64,000 nt of DNA from Guillardia theta CCMP2712 (lineage: Eukaryota; Protista; Cryptophyta). A model generated the notes under the pieces. The model was given only the letters and a program-made list of their open reading frames with translations. It had not been told where the DNA came from and did not search any database. The stretch spans positions 32,703 to 96,702 of the forward strand of contig NW_005434522.1 in NCBI RefSeq assembly GCF_000315625.1. Reading direction: 5' to 3'. The translations under genes and the position numbers were made by a program. Of the stretch, positions 1 to 11,771 are shown one piece after another (the first letter of the stretch is position 1; every line of letters starts with the position of its first letter).

Positions 1-12
1 ATCACTCGATCG

Positions 13-141
<129 letters not shown>

Positions 142-380
142 TCCATCTCTCTGTCATGCTCTCTTGGGGGAGCATGACGCTACCCCGACACACGTTATAA
201 AGGAATAACATTATACATAAACTATATAATTACGCACAAAATTACATAATTTATTCGGTTTTTGTATAATTTGTACACTAGTAGGATCGTTGTATGGTTG
301 ACTGATTTTTCCGCAGCGGCTGCACTCAAAACATGCGAACTTGGAGGGCGAGGAAGCGAGATCGAGACAGAGAGGAAGAG

Positions 381-437
<57 letters not shown>
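381..437. repeat. (GGAGACA)n heptamer tandem repeat
   Basis: About 8 consecutive GGAGACA units. Confidence 0.95.
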
Positions 438-980
438 AGACACGTGGAAGAGAAGAGAGAGGGGAGGGGAGGGAGAAGTCTGGGGTACGATAGGAGAATT
501 GGGGGGTGAGGGGGGCAAGGGCAATGGAATGAGCAGGCGAGGGAGTCCCGGCGAGTCAAACGAGGAGGAGGTGGTGGGAGAAGAGGAGTGGTATATTTGA
601 TGGAAGATGGTAGTGATATGAGTAGAGCGGTGAAGATGGGAAGGGAATGGAAGGGACATTAGAATGGGAGGGAGTGTATTAGAGTGTGGGGAAATTAAGG
701 TCGGAGTTGGTGCGGTTGGTGGCAAGAGAGAGGAGTGGAGGGAGAGGTACAGAAGCGTCAGTTCAATTGAAGTTGGAGATAGGTAGGCATGAAAGGCTGG
801 AGCAGCGAATAGAATGTGTAGAAATATGAGAAGAGTGAGACTTGTCCCAGATGGATTTAGACATGTCCCAGATGTATTGGTAGTTGATGGAGTCAATGAC
901 AGAGGGGCAGCAGGAATGAAATGCAGCGGCGGATAGGCGGATCCAACTCGACCTTGTAGTACCTGCGAAGACAGTCAGCA

Positions 981-3900
981 ATGTCCCTCGACTCGTCGTC
1001 ACGAAGGAGCAGCACGGGCACGGAGATCAGAGGCCAGCTCAAGGCCATGGGGTTTGACAACAACCTGATAAGGTACCTGCTTGTTGCTGGAATGCTTGCT
1101 GGAATTCTGGGGGAGGTGTTTTGACGAACAATGTGTCCGTCTACTTCATCAGCATCATTCGCTTCATTCGGTCTTGTGACTCTTTCTTGTGACTCTTTCA
1201 TCCAGCACGGTTCTTGCTCAAGAGGGCCCTGACGTGCCGATCGACGTGGCCATAGACTTGTGTCTGAGCCTCACCCAGGACTTCCAGGTAGACCAGCCGG
1301 CAGGGAGCGAGGGGGAGGGTGAGAGTGAGTGAGGGTCGTGCCAGGTCGTCGGATCGACTGCCGCAAAGGGTGAAGGCGGAAAAGCAGCTGCGCCCAGAGA
1401 CGAGCAGCCATCGAATGAAGCATCCACAGTCACCACAAGCACCATCGTGGACAGCGCTCGCCCTCCCCCCTCGCAGCCAGCTGAACGGCCTCTCGAGAGC
1501 CAACCGACGAGATCTGACGTGGCTGCCGACAAGTTTCCTGCAAACTCGGCGAATGAATCCTCTGCACCCTACGCCAACAACCCGATTCGGACGGGTAATC
1601 CGCTGCTGCCCCTCGAGCCCGCCACCCACCTGTTTGATGATTTTCTTCTGTTCAAGCTTGACGCTCGAAGCTGCGTTCATTGTCGTTCTGAAAACGATGT
1701 CTTGCAGGAAACTATTCTGGTTTACAGAATATTGTCAGTGTTGAGGACATGTAATCTTTTTGAAATCGTTTCATCGTGGGACTGAGTGATGATACGGCAG
1801 GAACATGCTAGGAGGAACAAGAATATCGTTGTCTACCCTCTTTGGTGCCATGCCTATGCCTCCACAGGTTATCCCATCATCTCAGTGACCACAACTGAGA
1901 CCCCTTGCAAAGATGATGCCGCAGCCATTCATGGCCATGAACAATTTTCCTGCTGCTAACGGTATTCTTCCCACGCCACAGCCAATGCGGATGCCTCATG
2001 CTGCACCCCCTCCTCCTGGTCAACCCATGCCTCCTCCCGGTCAACCCATGCCTCCTCCCGGTCAACCTATGCCTCCTCCCGGTCAACCTATGCCTCCTCC
2101 TTTCGTCGGGCAACAAACCTTCATGGGCCTTCCTCAGAACTTCACACAGATTCCCTCGGGGCCCCCGCCCTTCAACCAAGCCATGCTGAGAGAGGCTGAC
2201 GAGAGCAGGCCTGACTTAAGAAGACCTCTTGTCAACCCCTTTGAACCGAACGGCCGGTCCAACATGTATGCTCCTGTGTTTCCCCAGGGGAAGGAGATGT
2301 ATGACTCCAAGGAACAAGAGAGGATGGCTCCTGCTGTTCAAAATCTCTTTGCTCGCTTTCAGGATGGCGGTGTTGGATCTACCAGCTTCAACCAAGCTAA
2401 CTTACAGCCTGGGATGTTTCCAAGCACTCTGAATCCCGTGTTTCCTACTGTCTCTATGGCAGCTTCTGAGTCTAGTACTTCCGATGTCAGAGAGGCCAGC
2501 CTTCCTGGTGAGGTCTGTGCTGTGCTGTGCGGGTATGTTGGGTCCCGCTATCACGGTCTGCAGAAACACGATAAGGGTCCTCCAACCATCGAGCAAGAGC
2601 TGGAGAGTGCGCTGATCAAGTGCGGGGCCCTTGTGTACGAGTCTGGCATCACTCAGAATGAGTTCGGCCTGAAGAATGGGGATCTCTCTAAAGTGAAGTG
2701 GACACATGCGAGCCGCACCGACAAGGGAGTTCATGCGGTCGGGCAATGCATTGCTCTCTCGATGCAGCTGAACTTTGCGGGCAAAACTTGGGAGGAGCAG
2801 CAAGCGAACATTGTGAAGGCGCTGAACGAATGCTTGGATCGTCAAGCCCAAGAGAAATCTCCTCCGCTTGAGAAATCAGACATCGTCGTGTATGGGATCA
2901 AGAAAGTGCCGAAAGGATTCTACGACGACAGGAGACTCGACCCCTCCCTGGGCCTTGGCATTACTCGCTTCGATGCTCGTAGAGACGCGACGGGAAGAAT
3001 CTACGAGTACCAGGTGATGCTCCGATGCCCTCCATGTCCCCGAGCTGACTTTGCGGCAGTGCCCGACCTCTGCATTGGTGATGAGCGAGAGAAACGTTGA
3101 CCCCAAGACGTTCAGAATCTCAGACGAGGAGATCGCCAAGATCGCAGCCGTGCTGAGAATCTACGAGGGGACTCATGACTTCCACAACTTCACGGCAGAC
3201 AAATGCTCCGATGAGGGGCCGACAGAGACCCAGCGTGTGGTGAGCAGGTTCGTGCCAGGACAGAAGCGAGTGAACGCTGAGGGAGTGGAGTACCTGGGGT
3301 TGGAGGTTGAGGGCGACTCGTTCATCTACCATCAGATCAGAAAGATGGTGGGGCTGGCAATCTTTGCGTTGAGGTACAAGAGGGACGACGAGAGGGTCCA
3401 GTTCGTCCACGACATCGTTCATGATCAGAGTCGGCACTACGTGCCGCTGGCGCCCTCGTTGGGGCTGATGCTTGATCGAGTGCTCTTCCGCAAGGAGAAC
3501 AAAACGCACGGGGGGTTCACAGTGCTGCTGGACTTGGAGGACTTCTCGAGAGAGATGACGGAGTTCAAGCGTCAGAGGATCTACCCAGAGATAGACGAGA
3601 AGGAGAAGCGAGAGCAGAACGTTTCCTCCGAGAAGCTGGTTCAGGTACTTCCCTTCCCTTCCCTTCCCTTCCCTTCCCTTCCCTTCCCTTACCTTCCATT
3701 ACCTTACTTTACCTTACTTTACCTTACCTTTCCTTCCCTCTTCTTCCCTTGAATTCTCGTGTAGCTCCTTGCTGCTCCTGCTTTGCTGCTCCATCTCCCT
3801 TCGTCTTTGTGCGCCTCCTCGTGTCGGGCTCTGACTCTCTCTGCAGATTCACAGCTGCATGCAGCACTGGCTCGCGTTCTTGGAGCGAACCAAGTCGCTA

Positions 3901-4164
3901 TGGGGCATGCACTTCCAGTCCTCCTTCATGCCCGGGCCCACGGACCTCAACTGGCTCTTCTCTGCTGGCGTGCGTATCCTCCTGGAGGAGAGGGAGGGAT
4001 TGACGGGACTCCAGGAGAGGGGCAGCAGCAGCCAGCGAGACCACGAGGGCTTCGTCAAGGTGCAGAACGCCATAGCTGAGTGTCTGAGCATGGGAGGAGG
4101 GAGCATGAGATTCTTCCCTGACTTCCAAGAGGTTCGCCCAGCTGTTCTCCAGCTGCCTCCCTGA
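981..4164 (+). CDS. TruA/PUS1-family tRNA pseudouridine synthase with N-terminal UBA-like domain and Pro-rich linker (multi-exon)
   Basis: Catalytic motif ASRTDKGVHA, plus GYVGSRYHGLQ, YEGTHDFHNFT and GDSFIYHQIRKMVG. Upstream exons joined by GT-AG introns give EIRGQLKAMGFDNNLISTVLAQEGPDVPIDVAIDLCLS (UBA-like MGF motif). The PUS domain is certain; the link to the 5' exons is inferred from splice phase. Confidence 0.88.
2009..2100 (+). repeat. Coding 21-nt tandem repeat (PPPGQPM x4)
   Basis: CCTCCTCCCGGTCAACC(C/T)ATG units within the PUS ORF. Confidence 0.9.
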
Positions 4165-4266
4165 CGCTGGTCCAGGTCTTCACCGAGAGATTGAGGAGCC
4201 GCCGACCGTTCAGCAAGGCGATGAGGGAGAAGCTGAGAAGAGAAATCTGGAACCACACCGCGTACG

Positions 4267-4292
4267 TCATCATCATCATCATCATCATCATC

Positions 4293-4324
<32 letters not shown>

Positions 4325-4335
4325 AACAAAACAAA
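4267..4335. repeat. Compound (CAT)n(CAA)n microsatellite
   Basis: Directly visible. Confidence 0.95.
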
Positions 4336-4435
4336 CAACCCATTTCCGTGTTCCTCATCGCTTGCTTCTACACCTTTACTCACGTGGAAAATCAGCCTGA
4401 CATTTTCTTTCAGTCCTTTCAAGCTCGGTGACTCC

Positions 4436-4745
4436 ATGGTCGCCTTTAAGTTTGACAACGACAACCTTCAGCTGATTGCCAGCTCCGACGTGCGTGTCAA
4501 CTCAGGGCTGCGGGTGTTGGAGGCGCAGGCGCGAGGATCGCCGTCCCCGGTGGCGCAGAGGTCGAGGGGCAGAGGAGGAAGCCAGGGGAAGCAGAAGGGA
4601 AGCGAGGAGGAGAGGCAGGGAACTCGTGAGCAGCTTCTGCTGAGGTTTCTGCGACTGACAAGCTGCAGGCTCCAAGGAAGGAGCACGAGACAAGCGATCA
4701 GCTGTCAAGGCCAACATGTTCGCGGCGCTTGAAGAGGCGGACTGA
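4436..4745 (+). CDS. Small basic hypothetical protein (~75 aa, 3 exons)
   Basis: MVAFKFDNDNLQLIASSD / ARGSPSPVAQRSRGRGG... / RSKEGARDKRSAVKANMFAALEEAD* joined by two small GT-AG introns (second is 4626-4668). Confidence 0.45.
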
Positions 4746-4899
4746 AGAAGCCCAAGGAGGAGGAGGAGGCATACAGGGAAGATTGGAACTCGTGTGATAC
4801 TGACACGGCGAAGGAAGCGGAAGAGGAGGAGAGGGAGGAGCAGACAAGTCAATACGAGTGTAAATAAGTGACGCGATATTCTTTGATTTCCTTTCTGTA

Positions 4900-7245
4900 A
4901 AAACGACAAGTATAGACCCGCTGACGCCTCTGCCCCTCGTCCCCTCCCTTCCCCCCCCTCCTCTTCATCCTCGTTCTCACACGTTGACGCCCTGCTTGCG
5001 CAGAACCTTCACGCCCTTGTCCGCGGGGTCATTCTGCCATCTCTCAGCTCGCCCCCAGCACAACACGAACGAGTCACCTGCGCGAAGAAAGCGGCAGTAC
5101 CGCCGGTGGGAGGGACAGTGCCGGACAAGGGGACAAGAGGAGCTCCGCCAGACGTGGCTGACACGGCAGTGACGGCGACGTCACGAGCCTGCAGTGAGAG
5201 TGAGAGGAGGAGGAGGAGGAGGAGGAGGAATAGGCGACATGCTTAGCGATGTCTCTGTGCTGCTCTGCCTCGGTCCTCGCTGTCTCCGCGTAGTCGGCAG
5301 CCTCCTTGGCGATGCCGGCTGCATCCAGCGCTGCCTTGTGCGAGTCCACGACATCCGAGTACCTGAGAGCACGAGGAGGAGGAGAGAGGAGTCAGCATGC
5401 GCGACGAGGAGGACAACGAACAAGCTTGTACTTGGAGCTGATGTCATTGCTCTGCTGCTTGTACGCGCTCGCCATGTCTGCATGCTCTCTCGCTGCCGCG
5501 TCCGCTCTCCTTGCAGCCTCGTACGCTGACGCTGCTGCAGCCTGGGAAGTTTTGTGAGCGGGAGGAGAGGGGCAGGAGGAGGAGGCAAGACATTGTGATT
5601 GCGGATCGCGCTGATCAAGAGCCAGTCCCGCCATGAAGGCCAGAGGCTCTTCTGCTGCGTGCTCGCCTTCTCCCTCTTCATGCTCAGCCGTCGGTCTGCC
5701 TGCTCCTCCTTGTGCTTGCTCATCTTCGTCGGAGGCGCAGGCAGCGAGGCGTCTTTCGATTCCTCTGTGCGAGCAAGCGACGCTGGTCTGCCATCCTTCC
5801 AGTACATCCCGGTTGTGCTGTCATAGCCTGCTTCCGAGTCACCCCCTCCCCCGCCTCCTCCCCTTCCTGCTCACCTGTGTAGGGATCATACGAGCGGTAG
5901 GGCGCAACCCAGCGGCCCTGACTGTCGTAGTGCCCTGCGAGTTACTCAGGAAATGCTAGAAGCACAGAGAAGACGATGGGGAAGGAGAGGAGCAGGAGAA
6001 GAAAGAGCGAGAGATCGACTGATGGGTAGGAGAGGCGAGGGGACACGCGTGTGGTACCGTAGTAGTAGGGGTCGTAGTAGTGATATCTCTGAGAAGAGAT
6101 CATCCGCTCGAGCTCAAGCTCGCGACGCTGTAACGGAGCATGTCAGCTTCAAGGAGGCAAGGAGTCGAGGAGGCGGGAGAGGGGAGAGAGCACTGTAGTA
6201 CGAGACTGGGAAGTGAGGCCAGAGAGTTCAAGGAAAGAAGGAGCGAAGGTGGAGGAAGCACCTGAACTTGATCGATGTAGTCCTCCTGCCGAGCGACGAC
6301 TCGAGTGAGATCTCCAACCTCCTTCTTCAGTTGATTGTAACCCTGTTGATCCATCAATTTCCTTCATCCACCCATGTGAAGCTCGAAACCTTTTCGCCCA
6401 CACTGTTGCCGCAGCTTTCATCCTCGAAAGTAACTCCAGCCTTGCCTGAGCCACCATTATGCTTCTTCCTCATCAACTGCCTGCTCATCCTCTCCTTCCC
6501 CCTCCTCCTCATCCTCCTCCCCCTCCCCCTCCCAACCCCCTGTCCTCCCTCCTCTTACCGCTCAATGTTCCCTGCCAGAGCCTCCACTGGTGAGAAACAT
6601 TGGCGTCGATCGCCTCATACGCCTGCGCCTCAAGCATCAGGCGGCGGATCGCTCAGCAAGCGGCTTGACCTCCATCACAGTCTCCCAGCAGCATCCGAAA
6701 GCTTTCGACTTGGCCTGGAGCGACGTCAAATCTACGAGGATGCCACGGAAACTTTCAACCCGCATGGCATTGGTGCAGGTATGATGCAGATGCTCAATCT
6801 CGTGAATGTTGCCGCAAGTCTTGAGGATGAACTGAAATACATCATCAGTTCCATGTCACCTTCTCGCTCCTTCGCCCATCCCCAACCTCTTCCTCTCTCT
6901 CTGTCCTTCTGTCTCGTTTGCTTCCTCTTCCTCTCTGAACTCACATTGACAAAATCCGGCATGTCGACTTTCTTCGCGCATCTGATATACACCGGATGCA
7001 ACTTGGCGTATTCCTTCTCCAGCTCGATGAAATTGTTGCTGTCGGCGCATATTAGCAGCAGCAACAGCTCATCCCCAGCTGTACCTTGAGCTGCTTTCCA
7101 GTACCACCTGATACTGATGCACCACCACCAACGCCGCCATCAACAAGCAGGCGCCGAGCACGGCAAGAAGGGCTGGCAGGCGCCTGCAGCGAGTGAGCGC
7201 AAGAGCTTGTCAATGTTCGATTGCTCACTTCTTGGTGACGAGCAT
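4900..7245 (-). CDS. Hypothetical type II membrane/secreted protein: N-terminal TM, Cys-rich domain, coiled coil, Tyr-rich and Ala-rich segments (3' end approximate)
   Basis: Spliced product MLVTKKRLPALLAVLGACLLMAALVVVHQ...YIRCAKKVDMPDFVNFILKTCGNIHEIEHLHHTCTNAMRAKSKAFGCCWETVMEAYEAIDANVSHQWRLWQGTLSGKAGVTFEDESCGNSVGEKGYNQLKKEVGDL...YHYYDPYYYG...AAAASAYEAARRADAAARE; consistent phases over more than 10 small introns. Confidence 0.72.
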
Positions 7246-8129
7246 CTTGAGACGATGCGTCCTCTTGCAGACCTCTGGAGAAGCTGTTATCTCAGAGGAA
7301 GAGGGGGACGAATGAAAGGCGATTGACAAAAGTTGAAATGACGTATAACTATCGCTTTGGCCTGTTGAACCGAAACTCTAAGATCCATCTAGCTTTTTCT
7401 TCATCGACCTCGAAGATTGATCCTTGTTTGCTTCCTGCCTCCTCGCCTCAGATTGGCCTTCTGTGAATCTCAACAATTCTTTGCCTTCACAGTTCTTCTC
7501 CTCACCTCGACACAGTGTCTGGCTGAACCCCTCTCATTCCTTCTGTCCTGACTCTTGATTCGTCTCTCTCCCATCTTTGTTTCTATACTTCTCCCTTCCG
7601 GTCATCTTCTCTCTTCGTTCTTCTTCTCCATCCTCTATCTTTGTTCTTCTTCTCCATCTTCTATCTTCTCTTTGTTCTACTTCATGCAGCAATACGGCAG
7701 GAATGCCGAATGACACTTCGGAACAGGGACAGTTATAACGTATGATCGTTACTTGTGTAACGGTGATAGGTCACCCGGGAATCATCGGAATGCGGCCCGG
7801 CCGCGGCCGGGCTGGTTCTGGACTTCACGATGACACATCCTTACAACAGCAGCGGCAGCCCCGTCGGACTTTCTGCGCTCTCCGGCCCCGCCCAACAGAA
7901 GATTTCCGATCATGAGGCTACTGCTCTTTATCCTGACCCATCCTGTGAATGCGCAGTGCCGTCGCTTCAGTGCCTGGTTCAACGGTTGGGTTACCAGGAG
8001 TAGCGGTTTTCGCTGCCTCCTTCGTTTCCTACTGAGTATTTTATTGAGGCGGGTTTGTAGGCTTTATCCTCCCCCTCCTTTGTTTGCTCCGGTTTGCCCT
8101 TCTTTTTCAGTCCGAATGCGTATCATACT

Positions 8130-8675
8130 CATGGCCGCCCGGCGGCCGGCAGTGACGGTGCAGCACTGCGGCAGTCACCGTGACCGTGCCGCTGGCCACC
8201 ACCGTGAGAAAGCCCGGCCTTTAAGCGCACCCCCGCGGCATTACCAAGTTATCCTGCAAGAGTCCATCTAAGCCTGCCAGTACTCAGCCCTGGCGATGCC
8301 GGCCCCAACTGAGCCGAGTACATAATGTGATCCGAGGCTTCGTGGCAGGGCCATCATGTTTGACTCACGGTCCGATCGTATGTAAGTTCGAGTCCCGGCG
8401 AGCCTCCGATCCGACACTCGGACAAGCATCCCCGGCCATCGTGACCCTCGCCGCCCGACGGTGCCGTGCCTCCCCGGAGCCCCGGCGGACTCGCTCGGAG
8501 CCTGTCGGCTCGGAGGCGAGTCACCCCGGCCGGGAGACTGAGAGTACCGGGTCACAGAGTCAGCCGCCGACACGCCGCGGCGCGGCCCCCGCACCCTCCC
8601 CGGGGCCTCGGCCGCCGCTCAGCGGCTGGACCCCGACACGGTACCGGGTGGTCCCGGGGCCTCGAGCCGGAGTAA
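8130..8675. promoter_or_regulatory. Intergenic CpG/CCGG-rich block
   Basis: Very GC-rich, dense CCGG/CCGC/GAGTC words, no credible spliced ORF. Similar blocks at 41160-41440, 50710-50820 and 51900-52090. Regulatory role is inferred. Confidence 0.4.
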
Positions 8676-8679
8676 CTGA

Positions 8680-9135
8680 AGGGGGTGGTCCATGAAAAAA
8701 AGATCATATCTAGGGGGTGGGGGTGATCTAGATGGGGTACGTGGGTCAAGAAGGCGATCATCTCAAGTGGGTGGGGGTACTTCAATGGATGACTGTCAGT
8801 CGATCTTTGTTGTACGGGTGGGTGAGCCCTAAGAATGACGGGTAGTTCTAGGAGAAGAGGGGGGTCTGAAAGGGGTACAGGGGGGTAGTGGCTGGGGTAG
8901 TAGGTTTTTTGAGTTTTCCTGTGGGGATGAGGGTATGCAAGGCACCTCCACAGGGTGGGTCATTAACATGTGGTAGGGGGTTATTTTTTGGGGGTAGTGG
9001 TGTGCACCCCCATGGGAAAAATGTAGGGAACAAATTATACGTGACTGGGGTACCTGACAGAATTATGGGGTGGGGGTGATACATTGAGGGGTGAGTGTAC
9101 ACGAAATCGCTTGAAAGAGGGGTAGTGGACAATGT
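8680..9135 (+). promoter_or_regulatory. G-skewed GGGGTAG motif cluster upstream of a gene start
   Basis: Repeated GGGGT(A/G)G words in a CpG-poor, strand-skewed block. Confidence 0.4.
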
Positions 9136-9213
9136 AGATATTGGGAGGAATGGCATGAAGCGCGGGAGGGCGAACGGAATAGTCGAAGAAAGCAAGAGGA
9201 CAAGACAACGAAG

Positions 9214-11017
9214 ATGAGAAGTCCGAGGATGGTCAAGCAATGGGTGGGACGAGGAGAGGGAGTAGGAGACGATGCCAAGTCAAGGGAAAGAGATGATGCT
9301 GGGAACGAAGGAGTGATAGAAGCAAGAAACAGTCGCTAGTCGGGCATGATTGATGTGCGAGCAGGCAGAGAGGAGAAGCATAATGAAATTGAAGTCAGCT
9401 TCATTGCATTACGTTTGTGTCCTCGGGAATAGAACAAGAAGTTCTTTGAAGGGTGGTATGATCGAATTCTGATCTGCTGAGCAGGAGGATGAGAATAGGC
9501 TCGAACGTCTGGCATCGTATGTCAACGATGCCGAACAAGGGTTAGCAAGCATGATGGATCAGTCGCTGCTTGCATGAGGAGATCATCAACAGCGCCATGA
9601 AGACCTGCAGAAAGGATAAGCCCGTCAGTCCGCCGGGCAAACTCGCGTATGAGGAGGATATCTTTGTCTGCACCATATCGATGAACCTGAGGACAAGCTC
9701 TCTCCGTGCGAGTGATGACGACGATGCTTGCTTGTTCAGCAAGCAGTCAGTGCGAAGAAGCCCGATCAAGAGCCCATCACGAGCAGCAAAGAAGCAGTCA
9801 ACCACCAGAGGACGAAAGCAGGAGGCTAGCAGGCAGCATGTGAAAATAGAACGCAGCAGAAAGAAAGTCGAGGAGAGGAAAAGAAAGAGGTCGAGCTTTA
9901 TCTGTTGCAAGACACGCGTGCTGACATCTAGTGCAGACCCTCAGAGGCAGGCGACACTCGGGCGAGCAAAGCGGCTAAGAGATCTCCGAGAAAGAGCGAT
10001 GAGAGTAAGGAGGAAACGTGGTTTGCGATTGTGGTGGACGACGAGTGGAGAGATCAGAAAGGATTTATGCTGTGGGAGGTCACGGCTGATGTGGCGGAGG
10101 ATGGAACGGTAAGTCTTCACCTCGTCCTTCTCAGCCTGACTGTCTCGTCCAGGTAAAGGCCCGAGAGTGGTACTGTGCTGCTGAGTTGGAGCCCGAGGGT
10201 GTGCAAGAGGAGGAGGGGAGGAGGACGAGGCACATCTAACTGAGCCGTCAGGAGGCTTCGAGTTCGGACACCAACGATTCTTGCCGAAGCAGAGCAACTT
10301 CGCGCAAAAGAGGTGGGAGGTTATGAGTAACGGCTGGGACTGACAGGCTCGCAGGAGGCTCTTGGGCCGCTCGACACAGACGTTCTTGAGGGTGGACGTG
10401 AGGAGGAAGATGGTAGGGCATCCCAACAAGGTCTGACGTCAGCGGGAGAGGGCGAGCACGTGAACGACCCGCAGAAACACGGGAAGAAGATGTTCTGCGA
10501 GATCGACAAGGAGCAGCTGCGCGTGCAGGAAGCCTACTGCCTGCTGGTTGACAGCTGGAGGGGAGGGGAGCATGGCTGAAGACTCTGGCAGGACAAGAAG
10601 CTCGGGGTAGAGGAGGAAAGAGAGGAGGAGCAGGAGCAGGAGGTGTCTCGATCTCCCTCGCTCTTGTCTTTTGCTGACGTCACTTCCCCCTCCCCCAGCA
10701 CGTGGATGAAGACTGGGGATGGCCGGACACTGATGGCAAGACCTTGATGACGTTGAAAAGGTTCATTCTCCCAGCTGTCCCTCCACCTCGACCTCACCCG
10801 CAGATAGGAGCGAGTGGCCGGGCCCAGCTCCAGGGATCATCTCGACTTCGGTGAAGGAGGACGCGATTGTGTGCCTGCTGACCCTCAGCAGTTGGTCAAC
10901 CCGGCTTACATCCGATCCGAGGTCGCGCGGTGGGCCGGCGAGCGTGAGAAACGTGAGATCTTGCTCTCCTTCCTCCTGCCCATACATTGCTCCCGCTCTC
11001 CTGCTCCTGCTCCCGCT

Positions 11018-11051
<34 letters not shown>

Positions 11052-11055
11052 CGCT

Positions 11056-11112
<57 letters not shown>

Positions 11113-11237
11113 AGCCTCTTTCTCTTCTGCCTTCCCTCGTCCTTTCCCAACCCAACACTGCTTCTTGTTTCTCTCTGGTGCTTGTTGTCACATCTTCACA
11201 GGAGAGGTTCTATCCGTCAGGAATCCGCAGGGCTTGA
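9214..11237 (+). CDS. Hypothetical protein, Lys/Arg-rich (possibly nuclear), multi-exon; start approximate
   Basis: Chain of exons with canonical small introns: ...EIINSAMKTCRKDKPVSPPGKLAYEEDIFVCTISMNL...KKVEERKRKR...WFAIVVDDEWRDQKGFMLWEVTADVAEDGTVKAREWYCAAELEP...KHGKKMFCEIDKEQL...ERFYPSGIRRA*. No family recognised. Confidence 0.55.
10988..11112. repeat. (CTCCTG)n hexamer repeat, intronic
   Basis: Directly visible. Confidence 0.9.
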
Positions 11238-11771
11238 TAGGTGAGGAGGATGAAACGAGGACGGGAAGGAGGACGGACAGTAGGAGATGAAGGAAAGTGA
11301 GGAGATTGAAGGAGAGGAGAGGAAGCTAGAAGCGGAAAGGGGAGGAAGAGAGGGGAGGGGATGGAGGGAGGGGAGGGGAGGACGAAAGTGGAGGAGATGG
11401 AGGGAGGTTGACAAGCATGACAGGCTTCCCTCGGTCTTCATGGCCTGCCGAGGGGAGAGGAGGAGGAGGCAGAAATCTTTGAATTTAAGGGATTAGGAAT
11501 AACATGATGATAGCATGAGAGTCAAAGTCACGAGTAGTTCACGTTGATTGCCAGACACTGGTAGCTGTAGTCAGACCCCAACTCTCCTTTCCCCCCAGCG
11601 CATCTCATAATCAGGAGGGGGGGTGGGGGCGTTGGCGTCCCGCATTCATCTGGTCACTTACAGGATTAGGGGAGTATAGGGTTGTTTATTACGGTGGAGG
11701 TAGTCGAGTATTGAGGAAGGATAATAGGGTGACTGAGCAGAGGGGTGGGGGAGAAGGGATGTGATGATACG

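Noticed and set aside
211-900. ORFs in the first kilobase
   Set aside because: Products of GGAGACA repeats and purine-skewed intergenic DNA.
6845-6860. Early stop (VTWN*) making a separate ~75-aa gene
   Set aside because: A better acceptor with a branch site (CTGATGATGTATTTCAG) continues the frame into the Cys-rich domain.
6760-7574. Alternative reading frame from ATG 7574 through putative upstream exons, overlapping the membrane-protein gene
   Set aside because: Depends on weak donors, stops early and has no protein-like features; more likely a spliced 5' UTR or uORF.
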